A DNA stretch of 60,662 nt from the NCBI GenBank assembly GCA_015233335.1, contig JADFXX010000013.1:1-60662 (forward strand). Direction: 5' to 3'. Of this stretch, positions 1-9,471 are shown piece by piece. This stretch comes from Candidatus Omnitrophota bacterium. GTDB lineage: Bacteria; Omnitrophota; Gorgyraeia; Zapsychrales; Fredricksoniimonadaceae. The position numbers and the translations under genes are program-made. Below the pieces are notes generated by a model. It was not told where the DNA came from. It made no database searches and was given only the letters and a program-made list of their open reading frames with translations. Within the stretch, counting starts at the first letter, position 1; each line of letters starts with the position of its first letter.

Positions 1-1
1 T

Positions 2-733
2 GGGTTCTTTTTGTCAGCGGTGAGCGGGTTGTCCATTTGGGTCAAGAACAGCAGGACATTGCTGGGGATTCTTTTATGCCTGATCGTGGTTTTAGCTGTT
101 GGTGGTTTCCGGAGGAATAAGGTTTGGGCTAATGAAGTAACCCTGTGGCAAGACAACATAAAAGAAACACCAAACAAGGCCCGAGTGAATGCTAATTTAG
201 GAAGGACCTATGGCGCTTTAGGGCGCTATGGGGAAGCCGGGTATTATTTGAGCCGAGCCATAAAAATAAAACCTGATTACGCAAAGGCTTTTTATAATCG
301 TGGTTTTATTTATGCTAAACAAGGCATGTTGCTTCAGGCCATAGCTGATCTTGATCAAGCGATTAAAATAAGGCCTAATTATGCACAGGCGTATAACAAT
401 CGAGGCACTTTTTACATCCGTCAGGGCGATTTTAATCAAGCCATGGCAGACTTTAATCAGGCCATTGAAATCAATTCCAATGATGCAGAGGCTTATTACA
501 ACCGAGGCTGTGCCTATGCGCAAAAAGGCAATTACAGTCAAGAGATTTTGGATTTAAGCAGGGCGATTTTCATTAACCCCAATTTTGCGCAAGCTTATTA
601 TCAACGGGCCCTTGTCTATTATCAGTTAAGAGAATACGATAAGGCATGGGTAGATCTGCATAAAGCAGAAGAATTGGGAAGAGTTATCAACCCTCAATTG
701 ATCAGTGCGTTAAAGAAAGTATGCGGAATCTGA
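2..733 (+). CDS. TMTC-like membrane/TPR protein, C-terminal part (5' end cut by the window edge)
   Basis: The frame is open from base 2. GFFLSAVSGLSIWVKN aligns with GFFLAGVSVLSIWIKN in the middle of the downstream 602-aa paralog. A last TM helix is followed by about 5 TPR units with a recurring AxAYxNRG pattern. Confidence 0.85.
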   Translation, partial: GFFLSAVSGLSIWVKNSRTLLGILLCLIVVLAVGGFRRNKVWANEVTLWQDNIKETPNKARVNANLGRTYGALGRYGEAGYYLSRAIKIKPDYAKAFYNRGFIYAKQGMLLQAIADLDQAIKIRPNYAQAYNNRGTFYIRQGDFNQAMADFNQAIEINSNDAEAYYNRGCAYAQKGNYSQEILDLSRAIFINPNFAQAYYQRALVYYQLREYDKAWVDLHKAEELGRVINPQLISALKKVCGI

Positions 734-2529
734 TGACACCATATTATTTTTTGCGGGGAGCCGTCCTTTTTATTACAGGGCTTTTGATCTATTCCCAGAC
801 GTTTGGATTCGATTTTGTCTTTGACGACCACAATTTTATTGTCAATAATGTTTATATTAAGAATTTTAGCCACATCCCTTTGATGTGGCATTTTTATCCC
901 ATGACCCGCTTAGTGGGCATGTATTCCTTCGCATTCAATTATTATTTCAACCAGCTCCATCCGCAGGGGTATCACATTTTTAATTTTATTGTCCACCTTA
1001 CGGGCGTGGGGCTGGTTTGGGCCCTGGCGCACATGCTTTTTAAAATTGTTCAATGGCTTCCCTCAAAAGATCGTTTGATCCAAGAACTGCCATTTCTGAT
1101 CGCGTTACTCTTTTTAGTTCATCCCTGCCAAACACAAGCGGTGAGTTATATTTCACAGCGCTTTGAATCCATGGCCACGGTTTTATATCTTGCGACGGTT
1201 TTCTGCTATCTCTTGGCCCGTTTGTCCAAGAACAGGACACGAAAAATCTTATTGTTCTCTCTGTCAGGGGGATTCACTATTTTGGGGGTGATGACCAAGG
1301 AAGTGGTTGTGACCGTGCCGTTGATGATAGTGGCTGTGGAATGGATCCTATTTCCGAAGAAGATCAATAAGAGGCCGTATATCGTCTTAACCGCGGGGGG
1401 GATTTTACTATATCTGCTATTTACCCATCTGGTACATACGGATTGGAGGGTCTTTTTACAGACTATACCGTCGGAATCTCATGATGGAGATCTCTTGACC
1501 CCGGCGCGCTATTTGTTAACGCAAATGAGGGTGTTCTTGACCTTTCTTAGGCTTATGGTGTTGCCTATTCACCAGAATCTGGATTATGACTACCCGGCAT
1601 CTACGGGGGTATTTTCTCCGCCGTTAACATTCGTCGGGTTATCTGTGATCGCGGGGATTATTGTTTTGATCATCAAGCTGCGCAGGAAGTTCCCTTTAAT
1701 AGCATTTGGCTTAGCATGGATTATCATCACATTTTCGATTAATTTAGCACCACGGGCGAATGTGATTTTTGAGCATAAACTTTATCTGATCTCATTTGGG
1801 TTCTTTTTAGCGGGTGTGAGCGTGCTGTCTATTTGGATAAAAAACCGTAGGATCTTGACGGGTATTTTATGGGGCATCATGGCAGTTTTAGTCATTGTCA
1901 GTTTTGAGCGAAATAAGGTATGGAGGGATGATTTTGTTTTATGGGATGACGCGGTCCGGGGTTCTCCTCATAAAGCAAGGCCGCTTAATAATCGCGGCTT
2001 TATGTACATTCAGCAAGGGCAACTGACTCAAGCGATGAAGGATTTAAACCTAGCGATCGCAATTAAACCGGATTACGCAGATGCTTATAATAATCTCGGG
2101 AGGGTTTATTTTAAGCAAGGCAATTCTACTCGGGACATTGCAGAGTATAACAAAGCCATTGCCATCAACCCTAACTTTGCAGAGGCCTACAATAACCGAG
2201 GAGCTGTTTATTCCCGCCGAGGCGATTTTGTGAATGCTATGGCGGACTATAATAAGGCCATTGCCTTAAATCCGAACAGTGCCCAGGCCTATAATAACCG
2301 CGGGAGCATCTTTGATAAACAGGGCAACTACAATCAAGCCATGGCAGATTTTAACAAGGCTATTGCCATCGACCCTAATTTGGGACAAGCTTACAATAAT
2401 CGGGCCGTTGTTTTATATCAGTTTAAAGAGTATTATAAGGCTTTAGAAAATTTAAGGATGGCTCAAAAGTTAGGGCAAGAAGTTAATCCTAAGTTCCTCA
2501 GTGTATTAAAAAAAGACATAGGAGGATAA
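721..2529 (+). CDS. TMTC-like GT-C membrane protein (DUF1736-type core) with a C-terminal TPR domain
   Basis: 602 aa. The N-terminus carries FVFDDHNFIVNN and the loop LVHPCQTQAVSYISQRFES, with about 10 predicted TM helices. The C-terminus has about 5 TPR repeats (AYNNRG repeated). It overlaps the upstream paralog by 13 nt. Confidence 0.85.
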   Translation: MRNLMTPYYFLRGAVLFITGLLIYSQTFGFDFVFDDHNFIVNNVYIKNFSHIPLMWHFYPMTRLVGMYSFAFNYYFNQLHPQGYHIFNFIVHLTGVGLVWALAHMLFKIVQWLPSKDRLIQELPFLIALLFLVHPCQTQAVSYISQRFESMATVLYLATVFCYLLARLSKNRTRKILLFSLSGGFTILGVMTKEVVVTVPLMIVAVEWILFPKKINKRPYIVLTAGGILLYLLFTHLVHTDWRVFLQTIPSESHDGDLLTPARYLLTQMRVFLTFLRLMVLPIHQNLDYDYPASTGVFSPPLTFVGLSVIAGIIVLIIKLRRKFPLIAFGLAWIIITFSINLAPRANVIFEHKLYLISFGFFLAGVSVLSIWIKNRRILTGILWGIMAVLVIVSFERNKVWRDDFVLWDDAVRGSPHKARPLNNRGFMYIQQGQLTQAMKDLNLAIAIKPDYADAYNNLGRVYFKQGNSTRDIAEYNKAIAINPNFAEAYNNRGAVYSRRGDFVNAMADYNKAIALNPNSAQAYNNRGSIFDKQGNYNQAMADFNKAIAIDPNLGQAYNNRAVVLYQFKEYYKALENLRMAQKLGQEVNPKFLSVLKKDIGG

Positions 2530-2530
2530 T

Positions 2531-3310
2531 ATGCGATTTTTTTTAGTTTCGATATTAGCCTGTATCGGTTTAGCTCTGCCCGCGTGGGCCTCTTTAAAAA
2601 CACAAACTTTGGAGTATAAACAGGGTGATGCTGTCTTAGAGGGATATTTGGCTTATGATGATTCCTTTCGCGGCAAGCGTCCGGGGATACTGGTGGTTCA
2701 TGAATGGAAGGGGCTTAATGACTATGCGAAAAGAAGGGCGAACATGCTTGCCCAATTAGGATATATCGCGTTCGCTGCGGATATTTATGGCAAGGGAATA
2801 CGACCTCAGACGATTGCCGATGCAGGAGCCATGGCTGGAAAATATAAAGCGGACCGCGCACTTTTAAGAGCGCGTGTCATTGCAGGGCTCCAGACACTAA
2901 AGGCACAATCGAGGGTCGACCCTGCTCAATTAGCTGCGATTGGGTATTGTTTCGGAGGGACTGCTGTTTTGGAATTGGCCCGTAGCGGTGCGGGTATCAA
3001 AGGCATTGTCAGTTTTCACGGGGGCTTAAGTTCTCCCAAACCTGCGGACGCTTTGAATATCAAGGCTAAGGTTTTGATCCTGCACGGAGATGCGGACCCT
3101 TTTGTTAAAGCAGAGGAAGTTGTCTCTTTCGAAAAAGAAATGACGGAGGCTCGAGTCAATTACCAGTTGATTAAATACCCCGGCGCCATGCATGGTTTTT
3201 CTAATCCTGAGAATAAAGGGGTTCCTCCGGGCGCGCTTTACAATGAGGCTGCGGATCAAGCTTCTTGGTCCGAAATGAAAAAATTTTTTAAGAGGCTGTT
3301 TCGCCCGTAG
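2531..3310 (+). CDS. dienelactone hydrolase family protein, secreted
   Basis: Signal peptide MRFFLVSILACIGLALPAWAS. VVHEWKGLN, the nucleophile-elbow-like GYCFGG, and HGDADP/HGF are typical of the DLH alpha/beta hydrolase fold. Confidence 0.85.
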   Translation: MRFFLVSILACIGLALPAWASLKTQTLEYKQGDAVLEGYLAYDDSFRGKRPGILVVHEWKGLNDYAKRRANMLAQLGYIAFAADIYGKGIRPQTIADAGAMAGKYKADRALLRARVIAGLQTLKAQSRVDPAQLAAIGYCFGGTAVLELARSGAGIKGIVSFHGGLSSPKPADALNIKAKVLILHGDADPFVKAEEVVSFEKEMTEARVNYQLIKYPGAMHGFSNPENKGVPPGALYNEAADQASWSEMKKFFKRLFRP

Positions 3311-3334
3311 AAGGACTTCCCACACCCGTTGGCG

Positions 3335-4975
3335 CTAAAGCCGAAGCCTTTCTTCCGTCATTTGCAGCGCCTTTCGGACCATGGCATCACTGGGGTCTAT
3401 CTGTAAGATACGCAGCAAACAGTCCCTGCATTTATCGTATTGTCCCAGTCTCCAGTAAAGATCAGCCAAAGAGCGGTAAGAAAAGATAAAATTAGGATTG
3501 AGTTCTAAAGCTTTTTGGAAATTTTTAAGCGCCAATTCAGTGCGCCCGGTGTCTCGATAGGTTCCGGCGATATTGTGATAAGCTACCGGGTTATGAGGAT
3601 CTAAGGCAATAGCCTTGAGATAGGTTGCTTCAGCTTTATCCAGAATGCCTTTATTCGCGTATTCCATCCCCAAATTATTGATGACTCGATAATCATCCGG
3701 CCGAAAGGTGATGAGTTGTTCATAGAAACCGATAGAAGTCCGCCAATCGAGATTGCGGCGGATATTGATAAGACAAAACAAGATGAGGATGACGCCCATG
3801 ATGACTGACAGCAACCAGCGCGCACGAAACCCCTCGGTCCAATCTAGAATAAAATGAACAAATATCAGCGCAATGCCGATCATGGGCAGGTACAGAAAAT
3901 GTTCATAAATGACAGCGTTGATGGGTATAAGAATATTGGATGCCGGAGCAATAGCGATAAAGAACCACCCTATGCCAAAAGAAATCCATGGTTTGGTTTT
4001 CCAATATTTAAATGCGGCCACCAACAAAGTGCCGGCAATGATTCCCCCGGTCAGAACATCCCATTCAAAAATGGATTGGGCCCAAGGCAGTTGTCTTTCT
4101 ACGCGCAATTGATAGGGGAAAAATAGAAAACCGGTGTATTGTGTCAAAGCTTTAAAGAAAGTCATGATCCGTATGCTGGGGTGGGAGGTAAAAACATTTT
4201 CCTGATTATAAAAATTAAAACTATTAGAAAAGTTGAGCACCGTAGCGCGCAGGATAACATAGGTGATGGCCAGTAACAGAAAGGGCCAGGTCGCCGCAGT
4301 TGTTCCCCTGACACGGTCCCAAAAATATTTTTTATCTTGCAGAAGTAGAAAATCCATAAAGGGAATTAAGCCGGCTAATACAAAACTAGTTTCCTTGGAG
4401 AGCAGTCCCAGGGGAAAAAGGAGCAAGGATGCCCAGTAAGAAGCAGCGCGCCATGCCGGTTTTTGGGATCGGCGAAAACAGACGTAAAGAAGAAGGCTTG
4501 ATAATACAAAAAGGCTGGCCAGCGCATCCCCCATGCTGTTGACATAGACCACTGCTTCATTGTGGACGGGATGGGCAACAAAAATGAGGGCGGTCAAGAG
4601 TGCCAACATATTCCGGTTAAAGAGCCTGTCCAATAAGAAATAAAGGGCGAAGGCTGCTAAGATATGAACGCTGACGCTGACGGTGTGCCAGCCATAAACC
4701 CAGTTTTTCCACCAGTGCCATTCTACAGCAAATATACCTAAAAGCAGGGGGCGCCAGTAATTACTCACCAGATAATTGCCGGCCACTAGATTTTGGCTAA
4801 ACCATAAAGGCCAATTATGGAAATCCTTGATAAAGCGGTTTTTGAGGATAAAGTCATCATCATCCCAGAACATTTCATTAGGCAGGCAGTTGTGATAGGC
4901 AATGATCCCAATAAGCAAGATCAAAGCAATGCCGAGCCAGCGTTTGTTGAGGAGATTTTTAATGAAAGAGTTCAT
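3335..4975 (-). CDS. TMTC-like GT-C membrane protein with a C-terminal TPR domain
   Basis: 546 aa. Carries MFWDDDDFILKN, YWRPL and VAHPVHNEAVVYV (the same motifs as the 721..2529 protein), many TM helices and a C-terminal TPR region. Confidence 0.85.
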   Translation of the reverse strand: MNSFIKNLLNKRWLGIALILLIGIIAYHNCLPNEMFWDDDDFILKNRFIKDFHNWPLWFSQNLVAGNYLVSNYWRPLLLGIFAVEWHWWKNWVYGWHTVSVSVHILAAFALYFLLDRLFNRNMLALLTALIFVAHPVHNEAVVYVNSMGDALASLFVLSSLLLYVCFRRSQKPAWRAASYWASLLLFPLGLLSKETSFVLAGLIPFMDFLLLQDKKYFWDRVRGTTAATWPFLLLAITYVILRATVLNFSNSFNFYNQENVFTSHPSIRIMTFFKALTQYTGFLFFPYQLRVERQLPWAQSIFEWDVLTGGIIAGTLLVAAFKYWKTKPWISFGIGWFFIAIAPASNILIPINAVIYEHFLYLPMIGIALIFVHFILDWTEGFRARWLLSVIMGVILILFCLINIRRNLDWRTSIGFYEQLITFRPDDYRVINNLGMEYANKGILDKAEATYLKAIALDPHNPVAYHNIAGTYRDTGRTELALKNFQKALELNPNFIFSYRSLADLYWRLGQYDKCRDCLLRILQIDPSDAMVRKALQMTEERLRL

Positions 4976-5005
4976 AGGCCATTTTTAGCTAATGTAGTCA
5001 AGCGT

Positions 5006-5176
5006 AGGATGCATAACTATTGTGCATTCGGCACAATCGGGAATTTTTTGCCAAATGTCTACGAGGCTTTATGATAAAAATGTTCCAAATAAAGAGAAAC
5101 TTTAGAACATTTTTGTCATAAACCGAAGTAAACGGCAAAAATATTCCGTGCCGAATGCACAATAGTTATGCATCCT
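5006..5176. repeat. 171-bp imperfect palindrome with perfect 29-bp terminal inverted repeats
   Basis: 5006-5034 (aggatgcataactattgtgcattcggcac) is the exact reverse complement of 5148-5176. The interior halves also pair: ggaattttttgcc with ggcaaaaatattcc, and tttatgataaaaatgttc with gaacatttttgtcataaa. Confidence 0.9.
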
Positions 5177-5268
5177 TTATGCGCGATAGCATCAGCAGTG
5201 ATTGTAACCCCAAAACACATTTTTTTATATCGCATTTATGAAAAATTGTGATAATATTCACCCACGTT

Positions 5269-6402
5269 ATGAAGATCCACGAATATCAAGCCAGAGATTT
5301 ATTTGCCGCTTACGGCATCCCCGTGGCCGAAGGTGATATTGCCAAGACATCAGATGAAGCTCTCCGTATAGCCCGCAGAATCGGATTTCCCATTGTTATC
5401 AAAGCTCAGGTTTTAGTCGGCGGCCGCGGAAAAGCCGGCGGGGTTAAGGTTGTCGGCAGTGAGGCAGAGCTTATTGCGGAATTTAACCGCATCAAGAATT
5501 TAAATATCAAGGGCTATAGCGTCGATCGCCTGTTGATCGTCAGAGCGATTGATATTAAGAAAGAGTATTACCTGGCTGTGACCATTGATCATATCAAAGG
5601 GGATGTGGTTATTATTGCTTCCGGCGAAGGCGGAGTGGAAATTGAAGAAACCGCGAAGTCTCACCCCGATAAGATCATTAAGTTTTACATGCAAGGGGAG
5701 AAAATCCTTGATGAACAACAATGGATGCCGAAAGCGGCAGAATTGTTCGCGGATCTGCGTCTTCAGAGGGAATCCACGACCTTATTACAAGCTTTGCTTA
5801 AACTGTTTTTTGAAAAAGACTGTTCACTGGCGGAGATCAACCCTCTTGTCATTGATGGCCAAGGCCGATTAATAGCCGCAGATGCTAAGGTCATCATCGA
5901 TGATAATGCGTTGTTTCGCCATGAAGATTTGGCGGCATTGAGGGACCTGCAATATGAGGATGCTGACGAATTAGAGGCTAAGGACAAGGGTTTGAGTTTC
6001 GTTAAACTTGAAGGCAATGTCGGATGCATTGTTAATGGCGCGGGTTTGGCCATGGGAACTATGGATGCAGTTAATTTGATGGGCGGCAAGCCTGCTAATT
6101 TTCTAGACGTGGGGGGGTCTTCTAATCCCCAAAAAATGATTAATGCGATCAACATTATTTTGCGCAATAAAGCGATTAAGGTCATTTTGATCAATATTTT
6201 TGGCGGTATTACCCGATGCGATGATATTGCTGTCGGGATTTTGGCAGCTTTAAAACAAATTAAAATTCCGGTACCCCTGGTCATTCGACTGACAGGGACA
6301 AATGAACAACAAGCTAAAGAGCTTTTAAGTCAGGCCGGCATGACGACTTTTACGTCCATGCGTCAGGCTACTTCCAAAGCCGTTGAGACGGCAAACATAT
6401 GA
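5269..6402 (+). CDS. sucC: succinyl-CoA synthetase beta subunit
   Basis: [13 protein letters not shown]-terminus and the [11 protein letters not shown] motif. I trimmed the ORF-track GTG start at 5248 to the ATG at 5269. ATGA overlap with sucD. Confidence 0.95.
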   Translation: MKIHEYQARDLFAAYGIPVAEGDIAKTSDEALRIARRIGFPIVIKAQVLVGGRGKAGGVKVVGSEAELIAEFNRIKNLNIKGYSVDRLLIVRAIDIKKEYYLAVTIDHIKGDVVIIASGEGGVEIEETAKSHPDKIIKFYMQGEKILDEQQWMPKAAELFADLRLQRESTTLLQALLKLFFEKDCSLAEINPLVIDGQGRLIAADAKVIIDDNALFRHEDLAALRDLQYEDADELEAKDKGLSFVKLEGNVGCIVNGAGLAMGTMDAVNLMGGKPANFLDVGGSSNPQKMINAINIILRNKAIKVILINIFGGITRCDDIAVGILAALKQIKIPVPLVIRLTGTNEQQAKELLSQAGMTTFTSMRQATSKAVETANI

Positions 6403-7268
6403 GCATCTTGATCGATCAAAACACTAAAGTCATTGTTCAGGGCATTACCGGGCGTGACGGGTCTTTTCATGCTAAGCAGATGCTGGATTATGGCACTAAG
6501 GTGGTCGGAGGTGTTACGCCGGGCAAAGGCGGGCAGGACGTTGAGGGCATCCCGGTCTTTAATAGCGTCCGAGAGGCCAAAGAAAAAACCGGTTGCACGG
6601 CCGCGGTCATTTATGTCCCCGCGCGGTTTGCCAAAGACGCGATCTTAGAAGATATAGCCCAAGGCCTTGGGCTCGTTATCTGCATTACGGAGGGTATTCC
6701 GGTTCTGGATATGGTAGAAGTTAAAAAAGCTTTGAATAACTCTTCTGCCCGTTTGATCGGGCCTAATTGTCCGGGGTTGATCTCTCCGGGGAAGGCCAAA
6801 ATCGGCATTATGCCGGGACATATCCATAGGGCAGGTAATATCGGAGTGGTTTCGCGTTCCGGTACATTGACTTATGAAGTAGTTTTTAATTTGACAGCGA
6901 ACGGGATGGGACAGTCCACTTGTGTAGGCTTAGGGGGCGATCCTATCATAGGTACCCGGTTCGTGGATGTTTTAAAGATGTTTCAAGAAGATCCGGCCAC
7001 CCGTGCCATTGTGATGGTCGGAGAAATTGGAGGCGGGGACGAACAATTAGCCGCTGATTTTATCAAGAAATATGTCACTAAACCCGTGGCGGCTTTCATC
7101 GCCGGGCGTACCGCGCCGGCCGGCAGGCGCATGGGACATGCAGGGGCTATTATTTCTTCAGGGGACTCCACGGCCGAGACTAAAATGCAGATGTTGCGCG
7201 ATGCCGGAGTGACTGTTGTTGATTTTCCCGACGAGCTTCCCCAGGCCCTGATGGGCCGCCTAAAATAA
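6399..7268 (+). CDS. sucD: succinyl-CoA synthetase alpha subunit
   Basis: [14 protein letters not shown] CoA-binding N-terminus and the [10 protein letters not shown] phosphohistidine loop. Confidence 0.95.
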   Translation: MSILIDQNTKVIVQGITGRDGSFHAKQMLDYGTKVVGGVTPGKGGQDVEGIPVFNSVREAKEKTGCTAAVIYVPARFAKDAILEDIAQGLGLVICITEGIPVLDMVEVKKALNNSSARLIGPNCPGLISPGKAKIGIMPGHIHRAGNIGVVSRSGTLTYEVVFNLTANGMGQSTCVGLGGDPIIGTRFVDVLKMFQEDPATRAIVMVGEIGGGDEQLAADFIKKYVTKPVAAFIAGRTAPAGRRMGHAGAIISSGDSTAETKMQMLRDAGVTVVDFPDELPQALMGRLK

Positions 7269-7283
7269 AAAGGTATTGACTCG

Positions 7284-8330
7284 GTGAGCACCAATCCATT
7301 CTCTCTATCTGGAGTCAAACACACGATCGCGATCTCTTCCTGTAAAGGGGGAGTTGGAAAATCCACGATTGCCGCCGCCTTAGCATGGGAGTTGGCCCGA
7401 AGGGGATTTAAGACGGGCCTTTTGGACACGGATATTTACGGGCCTTCCCTGCCTTCTCTTTTTCAATTAAATCATATTCGGGCCGAGATCAATGAATTTA
7501 AAATGGTGGTACCTGTTGAACATAAGGGCCTTAAGCTGATGTCTTTCGGCTTTTTATTAGGAGATGCCCCCGCTGTGATGCGCGGACCTATGGTGGCGAA
7601 TTATATTAAGCAATTATTGTTTCAAACCGATTGGGGAGAGTTGGATTATTTACTGCTCGATATGCCGCCGGGAACTGGGGATGTGCAGTTAACGATCACT
7701 CAATTGATCAAACTAACAGGGGCTGTGATCGTCACCACCCATCATACACTGTCTTTAGTGGATGCGGCTCGAGGGATATTGATGTTTGAAAAAGTCAAAG
7801 TCCCGATCCTCGGGGTGATTGAGAATATGGCCTATTTTACAGCACCGGACACGGGTAAAAGGTATTACATCTTTGGTGAACAAAAAGCTAAAAGCCTTTC
7901 CTCGCGATTCGGGGTTAAGACTTTAGTTGAAATCCCGATTTTAGAAGGGCTCTGCGCAGGGATGAGCGATTTTCAGAAAAATCCATATATCCAAGAGGCT
8001 GGGGATGAATTCGTAGAGGCCATCAAGCACATTGAAGCATCGCAAAGTCATCTTAAAGACGCGGTTTTTAAGGAAGGTCAGGTGGTCTTGACCTTCAGTG
8101 ACGGGCGAGTCTTGTCGGCACCGGCTTTTGATCTGAGAGCACATTGTCCCTGCGCCGGATGTGTCAGTGAAATGACCGGCCAGCGACTGGTAGACGTAAA
8201 AAAGATCCCTTCAGATATTTTTCCCAGGGAAATCCTTCCCTTAGGAAATTACGCTGTCGGCATCAGCTGGAGCGACGGACATTCTTCGGGAATTTATCCG
8301 TACACGTTATTTGAACATCTAAAGCATTGA
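7284..8330 (+). CDS. Mrp/NBP35-family P-loop ATPase fused to a C-terminal DUF971-type domain
   Basis: Deviant Walker A SCKGGVGKST, then DMPPGTGD and ENMAYF. The C-terminal ~90 aa carry HCPCAGC and ISWSDGHSSGIYPY (DUF971-like). GTG start. Confidence 0.85.
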   Translation: MSTNPFSLSGVKHTIAISSCKGGVGKSTIAAALAWELARRGFKTGLLDTDIYGPSLPSLFQLNHIRAEINEFKMVVPVEHKGLKLMSFGFLLGDAPAVMRGPMVANYIKQLLFQTDWGELDYLLLDMPPGTGDVQLTITQLIKLTGAVIVTTHHTLSLVDAARGILMFEKVKVPILGVIENMAYFTAPDTGKRYYIFGEQKAKSLSSRFGVKTLVEIPILEGLCAGMSDFQKNPYIQEAGDEFVEAIKHIEASQSHLKDAVFKEGQVVLTFSDGRVLSAPAFDLRAHCPCAGCVSEMTGQRLVDVKKIPSDIFPREILPLGNYAVGISWSDGHSSGIYPYTLFEHLKH

Positions 8331-8363
8331 TTTAAAGGCCAAAGTCATTTATTATATTTTTAT

Positions 8364-9470
8364 ATGAAAAAAACCAAACGTCTTAAGAATATTTTCATAT
8401 CCGCTATCCACCAAAATGCCGGTAAGACCACCTTGTCTTTGGGGCTTTTTAAGATTTTTCAGGAACGCAAGATCAAAACTGCGTTTATGAAACCCGTGGG
8501 CCAGGAAACGGTGACTTATCAGGAAAAATCCATTGATAAGGACACTTATTTGATTGGAGAGGTCTATCATTGCAAGAAGCATATCAAAGAAATGAGCCCG
8601 GTGACCGTAGGCCGGGGGTACACGGAAAAATATATCCTAAACCCCCAAAAAGAAGAGCTTCAGGACAAGATCCTAAAATCTTTTCAGACCATCACTCGGG
8701 GGAAGGATGCCATCATTGTGGAGGGGACCGGACATGCGGGGGTGGGCGCGGTGATCGACTGTTCTAACGCGGATGTGGCGGCTTTATTGGGATCCCAGGT
8801 GATCATTGTCTCCGGCGGAGGCATAGGCCGGGCCATTGACGAAATTATGCTTAACAAAGCCCTGTTTGATCTGCGTCATGTGCCGTTGCTTGGCGTTATT
8901 ATTAATAAGGTGATCCCGGACAAGTTAGACAAAATTAAAAGCATCGTGGGCAAGGGACTGGAGCGTCGTGGCATCAGGCTTTTGGGCGTCATTCCGCAAA
9001 TGGATTGGCTGAGCGCACCAACTGTCGCACAGATCAGAGAACGTCTGGATTTAAAAGTGTTTTCAGGGGAAGAGAATTTGCAAAGCAGGGTTTATGACGC
9101 CATTGTTGCCGCTATGGAGCCTTATAATATGATCGGCCATTTACGCGACGGCGCTTTAATCATCACCTCAGGGGACCGGGTGGATAATATGTTAGTGGCG
9201 GTTTCCTCGTATTTGTTACAGCAGGGGAGGGCCGTTAAGGTTGCGGGGCTCATATTGACCGGAGGGTTGACACCGGATCCTAAAATTGGGGGGTTGCTTA
9301 AGGACAGCCGGATCCCCGTGCTTTATTCCGATCAAGATACCTACACCATTGCCGCGGCTATTGAGAACATGACCCCTAAAATCCAAAAGACCGATCGGGA
9401 CAAGATCCTTGAAGCCCGGCGACTGGTTAAAAATTATGTGGATGTCGGCATGATCTTGGAGAATTTATAG
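8364..9470 (+). CDS. stand-alone phosphotransacetylase-N-terminal-like protein (BioD-like P-loop plus DRTGG module), no catalytic PTA domain
   Basis: QNAGKTTLSLGL P-loop, VEGTGHAGVG, and a C-terminal IITSGDRVDNMLVAV DRTGG-type motif. Only 368 aa. It ends 1 nt before nuoA. Confidence 0.7.
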   Translation: MKKTKRLKNIFISAIHQNAGKTTLSLGLFKIFQERKIKTAFMKPVGQETVTYQEKSIDKDTYLIGEVYHCKKHIKEMSPVTVGRGYTEKYILNPQKEELQDKILKSFQTITRGKDAIIVEGTGHAGVGAVIDCSNADVAALLGSQVIIVSGGGIGRAIDEIMLNKALFDLRHVPLLGVIINKVIPDKLDKIKSIVGKGLERRGIRLLGVIPQMDWLSAPTVAQIRERLDLKVFSGEENLQSRVYDAIVAAMEPYNMIGHLRDGALIITSGDRVDNMLVAVSSYLLQQGRAVKVAGLILTGGLTPDPKIGGLLKDSRIPVLYSDQDTYTIAAAIENMTPKIQKTDRDKILEARRLVKNYVDVGMILENL

Positions 9471-9471
9471 C

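Noticed and set aside
5006-5176. Calling the palindrome a mobile element (MITE).
   Set aside because: It has no flanking target-site duplication, no second copy in this window and no transposase nearby. I kept it as a repeat of unknown nature.
5248-5268. Longer N-termini given by the ORF track for sucC, nuoI (16580), nuoJ (25319), nuoN (21145), DUF2934 (26757), GATase1 (31452), the methyltransferase (34369), glpK (49640), glpD (51241), the pseudouridine synthase (52743) and gpx (55165).
   Set aside because: The extensions overlap upstream genes or use non-ATG codons. They also add residues absent from the conserved family N-termini. Internal ATG starts with better context were used instead.
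5763-6284. 173-aa minus-strand ORF inside sucC. Similar antisense ORFs occur at 6983-7429, 10005-10424, 11036-11467, 42081-42473, 43913-44311 and 49691-50104.
   Set aside because: Each lies entirely antisense to a gene with clear family motifs. They have no RBS and their translations are low-complexity or odd in composition. They are most simply open frames that arise by chance opposite strongly coding sequence.
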